Assembly: GCA_965200965.1 (NCBI GenBank)
Contig: OZ241744.1
Location: 2,784,001 to 2,848,000 of the forward strand
Direction of reading: 5' to 3'
Length of the DNA: 64,000 nucleotides
DNA from: an uncultured Candidatus Binatia bacterium
GTDB lineage: Bacteria > Desulfobacterota > Binatia > Bin18
Below are positions 1 to 8,940 of this stretch, one piece after another. The notes under the pieces are model-generated. The model saw nothing but the letters and a program-made list of their open reading frames with translations. It did no database searches and was not told the DNA's origin. Position numbers and translations under genes: made by a program. The first letter of the stretch is position 1, and each line of letters begins with the position of its first letter.

Positions 1-1463
1 ATTTCTTTGACAAAGAAGGTCGTTTCGTACAGTTCGGTGCGGGTCTGTATCGCTCCTGTCACATCAACCACCGCGGAAATCCCGGTATTGGCCGCCCGGA
101 CGAGCGGGACACGGTTTTCAACCGCGCGCAGGGCTTCCATCATCAGGTGTTGATATGGGGCCGCGGTCCGGCCGAACCAGGCGTCGTTGGTGATGTTGAC
201 CAGAAAGGTAGCGCCCTGCTTGACAAAGTGACGGGCAAAGTCAGGAAAAATTCCCTCGTAACAGATCAGGACGCCAAAGGCGTGCGGCAGGTCGTCTTGT
301 TTGCCGCTCGAATTCGTCTTTGGGAGCGTGAAGACGGTTGGCCTGGTACCGGGGGCAAAGTCGCCAATGCCTTCAACAAGTTTATCCAGAAAAAACAGCA
401 AGCTGTTTTGAAAAGGAATAAACTCGCCAAACGGAGTGAGAATCATCTTGTCGTAACGGTCTACGACCTCGGCGTCGGCAGACAGCAGATAGGCCCGGTT
501 GAACAGGGTGAGTTGTCGTGCGGTGCGGCGAAAGGCGGGGCTGCCGAACAGCAGCGGAGTTGTGGTTTCGCGCGCCAGATTAAGAATCTGACCCCGGTAG
601 GTATCGTCTGACTGAAAGAAAAAGGGTACCGCGGTTTCCGGCCAGACGATCAGGTCGGCGGCCGCGGCCTGGCGCGTCATGTGGGCGTAGTGGGCGATCG
701 TGTCGACCTGAAAAGCCGGCTGCCATTTTTCGTGCTGTTCGATGTTGCCCTGGACGACGCCGACGCGCAGACGCTGGTCGTGGGGTAAGGCGGCCAGCTG
801 AGAGCGACGCCAGGAACCCCAGGCGATGACGCACAGGACGAGGGCTGCAGTCCCCAGCAGCAGGCGTCCGCGCCCGGGACCGCGTGTAGACACCAGGGTG
901 AACAGGACCAGGTTGCCGAAGATGACCAGGGCGGAGATGCCGTACACGCTGGTCACCTCGGCAATCTGGATCAGATTCAGCGAACGATGTTGCGAATAGC
1001 CCAGACTGACCCACGGAAAACCGATAAAGAAAAACGACCGCAGCCACTCCAGGCTTACCCACAGCAGGGGACCGAAGACCAGCAGCCGTCGCCATTCGCT
1101 TGGGGAAGGCGATTCCTCTTTGCACCAGCGGACGCCGAGGGCAAAGGTGCCGGTGTAGACGGCCAGAATGCTGCACATCAGGAAGAGGGGGATGACGGCC
1201 ACGGCCGGGGGGATATTGCTATACAGACCGATGGTATGCACAACCCAGTAGACGGTGCAGAGATAGAAGCCCATACCGCTGACCCAGCCATAGAAAAAGG
1301 CGTGGCTGAGGGGGCGCTCCCATACCACCCGCAGCAGCGGGACAAAGGCGAGCCAAGCCACCAGACCGAGGTCGGCTTTGGGGAAGGCGAGCGACAGCAG
1401 CATACCGCTGACAAAGACGACCAGGGTTGGCCGGATGGCCAGATGGCGGGATACCTGTTTCAT
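1..1463 (-). CDS. lnt: Apolipoprotein N-acyltransferase (3' end outside window)
   Basis: Not in the ORF track because it runs off the edge. Manual translation from ATG 1463 gives MKQVSRHLAIRPTLVV... with multiple TM segments, GVLICYE, LVNITNDAWFG and RAVENRVPLVRAANTGIS motifs. Confidence 0.93.
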   Translation of the reverse strand, partial: MKQVSRHLAIRPTLVVFVSGMLLSLAFPKADLGLVAWLAFVPLLRVVWERPLSHAFFYGWVSGMGFYLCTVYWVVHTIGLYSNIPPAVAVIPLFLMCSILAVYTGTFALGVRWCKEESPSPSEWRRLLVFGPLLWVSLEWLRSFFFIGFPWVSLGYSQHRSLNLIQIAEVTSVYGISALVIFGNLVLFTLVSTRGPGRGRLLLGTAALVLCVIAWGSWRRSQLAALPHDQRLRVGVVQGNIEQHEKWQPAFQVDTIAHYAHMTRQAAAADLIVWPETAVPFFFQSDDTYRGQILNLARETTTPLLFGSPAFRRTARQLTLFNRAYLLSADAEVVDRYDKMILTPFGEFIPFQNSLLFFLDKLVEGIGDFAPGTRPTVFTLPKTNSSGKQDDLPHAFGVLICYEGIFPDFARHFVKQGATFLVNITNDAWFGRTAAPYQHLMMEALRAVENRVPLVRAANTGISAVVDVTGAIQTRTELYETTFFVKE

Positions 1464-1531
1464 GCCGAAACGGCCACTCCGCGAAGGCGCATCGCCGTAT
1501 CCGGTCGGGAGGAAGGCAAGACGAGGCCCCT

Positions 1532-2032
1532 TTAATCCCGCCACTCCTGGAGTCCTGGCAGGGCTTTGAGTTGGCGTTCTTTGGACCGCATCTGCCGGGC
1601 GGCGCTGGTTGAGACCTCGTGGTCGTAGCCCGCCAAGTGTAAAATCGCGTGAATCAATAAGACCTGGATTTCTTCGGCCGTGCTGGAGCCGCGCTGGGCG
1701 GCTTGGCGAGCTGCGGTCTCGACCGAGATGATGACCTCGCCGAGCAGGAACGGGCAGGCCGCGTCGGCCAGGGGGAAGGCCAGCACATCAGTCGGGGTGT
1801 CCTGGTGACGGTACTGACGGTTGAGACGGCGCATCTGGGGGTCGCTGACCAGGGCGATGCTGAGTTCGGCCGGGGTCTGTCCCAGGTGGCGCAGGATCGT
1901 CGTGGCCCAGCCTTGCAGCGCGGTCCGACTGACTGCCGGTGTCGTCCCGCAGATGTCGATGACGAGCCCTGGCCTGGCGGCGACGGCGGTCTCGGCGTTC
2001 TTGTCTGAGTTGCTCTCGGTGTGCTTGGTCAT
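1532..2032 (-). CDS. ybeY: rRNA maturation endoribonuclease YbeY
   Basis: LNRQYR..D.PTDVLAFP and HAILHLAGYDH motifs; lies between phoH and lnt. Start uncertain. Confidence 0.93.
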   Translation of the reverse strand: MTKHTESNSDKNAETAVAARPGLVIDICGTTPAVSRTALQGWATTILRHLGQTPAELSIALVSDPQMRRLNRQYRHQDTPTDVLAFPLADAACPFLLGEVIISVETAARQAAQRGSSTAEEIQVLLIHAILHLAGYDHEVSTSAARQMRSKERQLKALPGLQEWRD

Positions 2033-3020
2033 GTTCGTAAGCGCTAATCACATCTTGGACAAGCCGGTGGCGGACCACATCTTGTTCGGTGAAGAAGGTA
2101 AACTTGATACCGTCAATATGGCGCAGAATATGGTGCGCCTCTTTGAGGCCGGACCGGCTGCCGGGCGGCAGGTCAATTTGGGTGATGTCGCCGGTGATGA
2201 CCGCCTGTGAGCCGTAGCCAAGGCGGGTCAGAAACATGTGCATCTGCTCACCCGTCGTGTTCTGGGCTTCGTCCAGGATGACAAAGGCGTCGTTCAGCGT
2301 CCGTCCCCGCATAAACGCCAAGGGCGCAACCTCGATTGTGCCACGTTCAATCATTTTCTGGGCCCGGTCAAAATTGACCATATCGTACAGGGCGTCGTAC
2401 AGCGGCCGCAGATAGGGGTTGATCTTTTCGGCCAGGTCGCCGGGCAGAAAACCGAGTTTTTCTCCGGCTTCAACCGCTGGCCGGGTGAGGACGACCCGGC
2501 TCACCTTCTGTTTCATGAGTGCGGCGACCGCTACGGCCATCCCCAAGTAGGTCTTGCCCGTTCCCGCCGGACCGATACCAAACACGATGTCGTGTGTGCG
2601 GATGGCGTCGATATAGGATTTTTGGGCCAGACTTTTGGGTGTGATTGTGCGGCGTTTGGACGAGATATAGACGGTATCAAGAAAGATGTCGCGCAGCTTG
2701 GCCGAGCGGTTGCGGCTCAGAATACGAATGGCGTAGTCAACGTCGCTGGGATAGACGGGATAGCCGCTTTTGATCAAACCGTACAGTTGGGTCGTCACCC
2801 GGGCGGCCAGGTCGCGCCGGTAGTCCTCACCGGCAATGGTCAGACTCGAACCTGCGGCCGAGATTTTGACCCCCAGGGCTCTTTCGATACCGCGCAAGTG
2901 CGCGTCCTGGTTCCCCAGCAAATCGCGGAAGAAACGCGGGTTGTCAAACTCCTGTTGGGAGGTGTCTTGGAGGTGGTGGTCAACCTGGATTTCAGGAGTG
3001 TTCCGGTCGGCAAAGGTCAT
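1788..3020 (-). CDS. phoH: PhoH/YbeZ family ATPase
   Basis: GPAGTGKT, RPAVEAGEKLGFLPG, LAFMRGRT and DEAQN motifs. The C-terminal tail overlaps ybeY. Confidence 0.93.
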   Translation of the reverse strand: MTFADRNTPEIQVDHHLQDTSQQEFDNPRFFRDLLGNQDAHLRGIERALGVKISAAGSSLTIAGEDYRRDLAARVTTQLYGLIKSGYPVYPSDVDYAIRILSRNRSAKLRDIFLDTVYISSKRRTITPKSLAQKSYIDAIRTHDIVFGIGPAGTGKTYLGMAVAVAALMKQKVSRVVLTRPAVEAGEKLGFLPGDLAEKINPYLRPLYDALYDMVNFDRAQKMIERGTIEVAPLAFMRGRTLNDAFVILDEAQNTTGEQMHMFLTRLGYGSQAVITGDITQIDLPPGSRSGLKEAHHILRHIDGIKFTFFTEQDVVRHRLVQDVISAYEHDQAHREQLRQERRDRRRRQARARHRHLRDDTGSQSDRAARLGHDDPAPPGTDPGRTQHRPGQRPPDAPSQPSVPSPGHPD

Positions 3021-3070
3021 CCTGCCCTCCTGCCAATTCCTGATAATTCGGTCATCCTGCGCAATCCTGG

Positions 3071-5707
3071 TCAGGAACCGTGCTCAATCAGTTCATATAC
3101 CTTTTGCAGCGCTTCATCGAGCCGGGTGGGGTCTTTGCCGCCGGCTTGGGCAAAGTCCGAACGACCGCCCCCACCGCCCCCTACAATCGGGGCGAGCTGT
3201 TTCATCAAATCGCCGGCCTGATAGCGCCCGGCAATATCTTTACTGACCGTGGCCAGCAGACTGACCCGATCGCCGTTGACCACGCCCAGTACGATCACCC
3301 CCGGCTGGAGTTTATCCCGCAGCCGGTCGGCCATCTCCCGGAGGCCGGTGGCATCAACGCCGTCAACCCGGCTGGCCAGGACCTTGATGCCGTTCAGCTG
3401 CCGAGCCGTGCCGAGGATCGCGTCACTCTGCGAGCCGGCGACTTGGCTTTGCAGCGCGGCCAATTGCTTTTCCAGCTCACGCTGTTGGGCTAAGAGACGT
3501 GCTATTTTATCGGCGACTTCTTCTTCTGCACCTTTGACCAGCGTACCAAGTTCTTTGAGCAGCTGCTCTTTGTGGCGCACCCAGCCGAGGGCGGTGCCGC
3601 CTGTCGTGGCTTCGAGGCGCCGCACCCCAGCGGCCACGCCACTCTCGGCCTTGAGCTTGAACAGACCGATATCGCCGGTCCGGCCGATGTGGGTGCCACC
3701 GCACAGCTCGGTTGAGAAGTCGCCCATCCGAACCACCCGGACGCGCTCGCCGTACTTTTCGCCAAAAAAGGCCAAGGCACCGCTTTTCAGGGCCTCGTTG
3801 AGGGACATGTCGTCGCTGCTGACCTGGGCATTTTCACGAATATGGGCATTGACCAGGGTCTCGATCTGCTCCAGTTCGTCCGGTTTGAGCGGGCTGGTAT
3901 GGGTAAAGTCAAACCGCAGGCGGTCGGGCGTCACCAGGGAGCCGGCTTGACGGACATGGCTGCCCAAGACCTGTCTGAGAGCGGCGTGCATCACATGCGT
4001 AGCCGAGTGGTTGAGCCGGGTCGCTTCTCGCCGGGCGGTGTCAAGGATGAGACGCACCCGGTCTCCGGTTTGAATGGCACCGCGGCTGACCCGGCCCCGG
4101 TGGATGGTCAACAGCGGCTGGGGTGTCTGGGTATCGACAATCTCAACGATATCGCCCCGGCTGGTTTCCAGCCGGCCGCGATCCCCTACCTGGCCGCCAG
4201 ATTCGCCGTAGAAAGGCGTCTCCGCGGTGACAATATCGACCGTCTCGCCCTGGCCGACCGCACGGTGCTGCACGGTGCCGTTGAGCAGCACGGCGACGAT
4301 CTCGGATTCCCATTCGGTGATGCGGTCGCCAACAAAACGCGAGTGCAGATCGCTCAGGTCGGTGGTGAGCGAAACCGGGGGTTTCCGGCCGGCGCGGGCG
4401 CGGTTGCGTTGCCCTGCCATGGCCCGCTCAAAACCGGCTTGGTCCAGCCCCAAGCCCTCGGACGACAGGATGTCTTGGGTCAGGTCGGGCGGGAAGCCGT
4501 AGGTGTCGTACAGCCGAAAGGCTATCTCTCCAGACAGGCGGGTGCTCGTGCCGCTGCGCAGGCAGCTGAGCTCGTGTTCCAGCAGGGCCAGACCCCTGGC
4601 CAGGGTGTCTGAGAAGCGCGCTTCCTCAGTCCGAATGACTTCGCTGAGATAGTCGCGGCGCTCGCGGAGCGCAGGATAGGCCGCGCCCATCAGGGCCACC
4701 ACACGGTCGGCCACGCGCCACAAAAAGGGCTGCTCCAAGCCGAGCAAGCGCCCGTGGCGGAGCGCCCGGCGCACGATCCGGCGTAGCACATAGCCCCGGC
4801 CCTCGTTGCTCGGCACAACGCCGTCGGCAATGGCAAAGGCCGCGGCCCGGGCATGATCGGCAATCACCCGGAGCGAGATGTCGCTGTCCGGCGCGCGGCC
4901 ATAGCAGGTGGTGCTTAACGCTTCGGCGGCGCGGATGGTGTCGCGCAGCAGGTCCGCGTCATAATTGCCCGGTACGCCTTGGAGGACGGCGGCGATGCGC
5001 TCGAGGCCCATGCCGGTGTCCACATGCCTCGCCGGCAGATCGTTGAGCGAGCGGTCGGGATTGCGGTTGTGCTGAATAAACACCAGGTTCCACAGTTCAA
5101 TGAAGCGGGGACAGGCGGTGTTGATCTCGCAGGTATGTCCCGGCGTGTTGACCCGATCGCACGCGCCCGGTCCCCGGTCAATGTGAATCTCAGAGCACGG
5201 ACCGCAGGGGCCGGTTTCGCCCATCTCCCAAAAATTGTCCTTGTCCCCAAAGCGCAGAATCTGGTCTGGGTTGATAGTGGTCTTGGTCCGCCACAACTCA
5301 TCGGCTTCGTCGTCGGTCGTATACACGCTTGCCCACAGGCGGTCCGAGGGCAGTTTCCACACCTCGGTCAGCAGTTCCCAGGCCCAGCCGATGGCCTCTG
5401 CTTTGTAATAATCGCCAAACGACCAGGTGCCAAGCATTTCAAAGAAGGTGTGATGATAGGTATCCCGGCCAACTTCTTCGAGGTCGTTGTGTTTGCCCGA
5501 TACCCGCAGACACTTCTGGGCATCCACCACCCGGGGGTGGGTCGGCTGTTCCATTCCCAGAAAGATGTTCTTGAACGGCACCATGCCGGCGTTGGTGAAC
5601 AGGAGCGTCGGGTCGTTGGCTGGAATGAGGGACGCGCTGGGCACGATGCGATGACCCCGGTCCGCAAAAAAACGCAGAAAACTGTCTCGAATTTCGTTTC
5701 CGGTCAT
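3071..5707 (-). CDS. alaS: Alanine--tRNA ligase
   Basis: DPTLLFTNAGM, HHTFFEMLG, HSATH editing motif, ELCGGTH and GGGGG..FAQAGG. Confidence 0.98.
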   Translation of the reverse strand: MTGNEIRDSFLRFFADRGHRIVPSASLIPANDPTLLFTNAGMVPFKNIFLGMEQPTHPRVVDAQKCLRVSGKHNDLEEVGRDTYHHTFFEMLGTWSFGDYYKAEAIGWAWELLTEVWKLPSDRLWASVYTTDDEADELWRTKTTINPDQILRFGDKDNFWEMGETGPCGPCSEIHIDRGPGACDRVNTPGHTCEINTACPRFIELWNLVFIQHNRNPDRSLNDLPARHVDTGMGLERIAAVLQGVPGNYDADLLRDTIRAAEALSTTCYGRAPDSDISLRVIADHARAAAFAIADGVVPSNEGRGYVLRRIVRRALRHGRLLGLEQPFLWRVADRVVALMGAAYPALRERRDYLSEVIRTEEARFSDTLARGLALLEHELSCLRSGTSTRLSGEIAFRLYDTYGFPPDLTQDILSSEGLGLDQAGFERAMAGQRNRARAGRKPPVSLTTDLSDLHSRFVGDRITEWESEIVAVLLNGTVQHRAVGQGETVDIVTAETPFYGESGGQVGDRGRLETSRGDIVEIVDTQTPQPLLTIHRGRVSRGAIQTGDRVRLILDTARREATRLNHSATHVMHAALRQVLGSHVRQAGSLVTPDRLRFDFTHTSPLKPDELEQIETLVNAHIRENAQVSSDDMSLNEALKSGALAFFGEKYGERVRVVRMGDFSTELCGGTHIGRTGDIGLFKLKAESGVAAGVRRLEATTGGTALGWVRHKEQLLKELGTLVKGAEEEVADKIARLLAQQRELEKQLAALQSQVAGSQSDAILGTARQLNGIKVLASRVDGVDATGLREMADRLRDKLQPGVIVLGVVNGDRVSLLATVSKDIAGRYQAGDLMKQLAPIVGGGGGGRSDFAQAGGKDPTRLDEALQKVYELIEHGS

Positions 5708-6228
5708 AGCTCGTCTTCTTTCGGCCGCGGACGGCCCAATAGCTGTTCGGCAAACTCGGAGGAATATCCCCGCCGCACGAGCAGGCGCAGCGCCCGGGCA
5801 CAGGTCTGCTGTTGTAGCGCGCCCGCCGGAAAACGGCTAGACAGCAGCTTGCGGGCACCGCTGATCTCAAGGTCTGCCTGTCGGGCTTCCAGTGTCTGCT
5901 CAATCAGGGCGGCGTCAAGCTGGTGGTGAACGAGTTTTTGCCGGATGGCGGCCGGGCCAAAGCCGCGCGTCTGAAAACGCTGGGTCAACTCCGCGGCCAG
6001 GCGGGCATCGTTGAGATAGCCCTGGCGGGTGAGGTCTAGGGCGGCTTGCTCCACCGCGCGTGGGCTGAAGCTAAACAAGCCTTACCTCACTCCGTGCTGA
6101 GTCGCTTGCTCCACCGCGCGTGGGCTGAAGCCTTTGGCGCGCATCTTTGCTGCCAGGCCAGCCGCACTATAGGCCCGTTGGCCCAGCAGACGACAGGCGT
6201 AGTCAAGGGCGGTGAGCGTGCCGGTCAT
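5704..6228 (-). pseudogene. recX: RecX regulator interrupted by an in-frame 60-bp insertion that carries a TAA stop
   Basis: From ATG 6228 (ATGA overlap with the aroC stop): MTGTLTALDYACRLLGQRAYS...KGFSPRAVEQATQHGVR*GLFSFSPRAVEQAALDLTRQGYLNDARLA...GFGP..IRQKL...LVRRGYS. Removing 60 bp restores a 154-aa RecX upstream of alaS. Confidence 0.85.
6044..6131. repeat. Perfect 28-bp direct repeat (6044-6071, 6104-6131) around a unique 32-bp insert
   Basis: GCTTGCTCCACCGCGCGTGGGCTGAAGC x2, separated by TAAACAAGCCTTACCTCACTCCGTGCTGAGTC. Confidence 0.95.
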
Positions 6229-7358
6229 CTGCGAAGCCGCCGCCGCCGTGTTCCAGCCGCGGAATCGTAGTCAATATAATCGCGCGGCGAAAAATACTCC
6301 CGCGCCCCCCGGGTGGCTGAATCCTGGAGCACAGAGTCGGCCAGGACCAGGGCGAGCATGGCCTCGGCAATCGGGACGCCCCGGATCGCCACGCACGGGT
6401 CGTGGCGGCCGCGGGTGGCAACCGTGCGCGGCCGAAAGTTCACATCAATCGTGCTTTTGTCCTGGGGGATTGACGAGGTGGGCTTGACGACGAGCCGCAC
6501 GACGATCGGTGCGCCAGAGGAAATGCCGCCCAGCGTCCCGCCGTGATTATTGGTGACAAATCCTGTTGGAGACAGTTCGTCGTTCATCTGGCTCCCGCGC
6601 ATGGCCGCGGCGGCAAACCCCGCCCCGAACTCAACCCCCTTGACCGCGGGGATGGACATCAGCGCCGCGGCAATCTCGGCGTCGAGCTTGCCAAAAACCG
6701 GCTCGCCAAGCCCTGGCGGAACACCTTCGGCCATGACCTCAATGACCCCCCCGACAGAATCCCGCTCTTTTCTGGCCTGTTCGACCTCGGCGCGCATGGC
6801 GGTCACGCTGTCCGGGTCAAGGCTGCGCAGCTCATTGTCTTCGACCGCGTCCCAGGCCCGTTTGCTGGCTCGCACCGTGCCGACCTGGGTGACGCCGCCG
6901 CGTATCGTGATGCCAAAGCGGACCAACAGCTGCTTGGCCAGGGCACCGGCAAACACCCGCCCCACAGACTCTCTGACCGACGCCCGACCACCCCCGCGAT
7001 GGTCACGGTGCCCGTACTTGGCAAAATAGGTAAAGTCGGCGTGTCCGGGACGGAACAGGCGGGCGAGTTCGTCATAGTCTTTGGAGCGCATATCGGCGTT
7101 GAAAACCAGGGCCATCAGCGGAGTCCCGGTGGTCTTGCCCTCAAACACGCCCGAGAAAATCTCAACCTTGTCCCCCTCTTTGCGTTGGGTCACCAGTTTT
7201 GATTGTCCAGGCCGGCGACGGTCCATCTCGTGTTGAATGGCTGCGAGGTCCAGTGCAAAGTCGGCCGGAAAACCATCCACAACGACGCCAACGGCTCTGC
7301 CGTGGCTCTCCCCGAAGGTCGTCACGCGCAATACGGTGCCAAACGTGTTTCCTGGCAT
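6225..7358 (-). CDS. aroC: Chorismate synthase
   Basis: NTFG..LRVTTFGESHG, RPGHADFT, GGGRAS.RE and RGRHDPC motifs. Confidence 0.97.
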   Translation of the reverse strand: MPGNTFGTVLRVTTFGESHGRAVGVVVDGFPADFALDLAAIQHEMDRRRPGQSKLVTQRKEGDKVEIFSGVFEGKTTGTPLMALVFNADMRSKDYDELARLFRPGHADFTYFAKYGHRDHRGGGRASVRESVGRVFAGALAKQLLVRFGITIRGGVTQVGTVRASKRAWDAVEDNELRSLDPDSVTAMRAEVEQARKERDSVGGVIEVMAEGVPPGLGEPVFGKLDAEIAAALMSIPAVKGVEFGAGFAAAAMRGSQMNDELSPTGFVTNNHGGTLGGISSGAPIVVRLVVKPTSSIPQDKSTIDVNFRPRTVATRGRHDPCVAIRGVPIAEAMLALVLADSVLQDSATRGAREYFSPRDYIDYDSAAGTRRRRLRR

Positions 7359-7391
7359 AGCTGTCCTGACATATCGGAAGAGGCCAGGCAA

Positions 7392-8555
7392 TCACACGAC
7401 CTTGTCTTCCCGCAAGCCCTGGATATCCTCCGCGCTCAAGCCCAGTTCGTGCAAAATCTCATCGGTCTGCTGGCCTTTCTCCGGCGTAGGAGTCCGGACC
7501 GCACCGGGGGTGCGGCTGAGGGTGACGGGCAGACCCAGGACCCGGATTTCGCCCAGTTGGGGGTGGGCAACCGGGGTGGCCAGGCCCAGATGCTCAACCT
7601 GTTCGTTGGCAAAGACCTGGTCAATTGACAGAATCGGACCGCTCGGCACGCCGGCGTCATTGAGCGCGGCGATCCATTCGGCCGCGGTTTTCCGGGCCAG
7701 CCGTTTTTCCAGTTCACGGCTTAACTCGTCACGGTTGCGCGAGCGCCGGCCCGGCGAGGCAAAACGCGGGTCCTCGTACAGGTGCTCGGCCTCAAGCACC
7801 TGACACAAGCGTTTCCACATATGCTGGCCACCCGAGGCGATATTGATGTGGCCGTCTTTGACCCTGAAGCTGCCGGTCGGGATACTCGTCGGGTGGTTGT
7901 TGCCGGCTTGGGGCGGGACCTCGTGGCCGATCAGCCAGCGCGTGGCCTGAAAGTCGAGCATGGAGATCATGGCTTCGAGCAACGAGGTGTGGACCCACTG
8001 GCCTTCACCCGAGCGTTCGCGCTCCAGCAGGGCAAGCAGAACTCCCTGGGCGGCCAGCAGCCCGGCGCTCAGGTCGGCAACTGGAATGCCGACCCGCCAG
8101 GGTCCACTGCCCGGCTGCCCGGTGATGCTCATCAGGCCGCCCATGCCCTGGGCAATCTGGTCATAGCCGGGGCGGTTGCTATACGGCCCGGTCTGGCCAA
8201 AGCCGGAGATACTGGCGTAGACCAGCCGCGGGTTGAGCGGTTTCAAGGACGCATAGTCAATGCCGAGTCGGTTCTTCACCTCGGGCCGGTAGTTTTCGAC
8301 CAGCACATCTGCGCTACGCACCAGCTTTTTGAGAATGTCCTTGCCGCGTTCGTCTTTGAGGTTGAGTATGAGGCTCTGCTTGTTACGGTGCAGGTTCTGG
8401 AAATCAAAGTGATGCCGGCGCGTGCCTTCCTCGTCGTCGGGCTGCTCGACTTTGATAACCCGGGCACCCATATCGGCCAACTGGCGGACACAGGTCGGGC
8501 CGGAGCGGGCGCGGGTGAGATCAATCACGCTGATATGGCCAAGGGGGAGTGACAT
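7392..8555 (-). CDS. CaiB/BaiF class III CoA-transferase
   Basis: LADMGARVIKVE, RNKQS, DVLVENYRP, SISGFGQTGP and GYDQIAQ motifs. Confidence 0.93.
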   Translation of the reverse strand: MSLPLGHISVIDLTRARSGPTCVRQLADMGARVIKVEQPDDEEGTRRHHFDFQNLHRNKQSLILNLKDERGKDILKKLVRSADVLVENYRPEVKNRLGIDYASLKPLNPRLVYASISGFGQTGPYSNRPGYDQIAQGMGGLMSITGQPGSGPWRVGIPVADLSAGLLAAQGVLLALLERERSGEGQWVHTSLLEAMISMLDFQATRWLIGHEVPPQAGNNHPTSIPTGSFRVKDGHINIASGGQHMWKRLCQVLEAEHLYEDPRFASPGRRSRNRDELSRELEKRLARKTAAEWIAALNDAGVPSGPILSIDQVFANEQVEHLGLATPVAHPQLGEIRVLGLPVTLSRTPGAVRTPTPEKGQQTDEILHELGLSAEDIQGLREDKVV

Positions 8556-8687
8556 GGCTGCGGGTCCTCCTGCTGCGCACCGCCCATCATCATACACAGG
8601 ATAGCGGCGATCAAGCCGTCTCAGACAGGCGTAGTCCTGCGGGGCTGGCCCGTGATAGGGGCCATGCTGAAAGAAGGAGGCGACGAC

Positions 8688-8932
8688 ATGACGACTTCAA
8701 TTCGCCTTGATACTGAGACCGGGCAACGGCTTGACTTTCTGGCAGCCTGGACCGGACGCCCCAAGGCTCTCCTCCTGCGTGAACTCATCAAACGCGGCCG
8801 GTTGAGGATGTGGAAGAGTATTATCTGGCCGTGGAGTGGCTGGAACGTCTCTGACACGACCGGGAAGAAACACACTCCGCTGCGAACCTAAGGGCAGCCC
8901 CTGGCCTGGATGGATCTCCGCAGATGCGCTGA
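8688..8932 (+). pseudogene. CopG/RHH (RelB-like) antitoxin pseudogene
   Basis: AAGGAGG RBS, then MTTSIRLDTETGQRLDFLAAWTGRPKALLLRELIKRG. A frameshift leads to VEDVEEYYLAVEWLERL* with an internal stop. No toxin gene follows. Confidence 0.7.
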
Positions 8933-8940
8933 TCACAAGA

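Noticed and set aside
5704-6078. 124-aa ORF as a complete recX
   Set aside because: Its TTG start lies inside the 32-bp insert; the RecX N-terminus is upstream at 6228.
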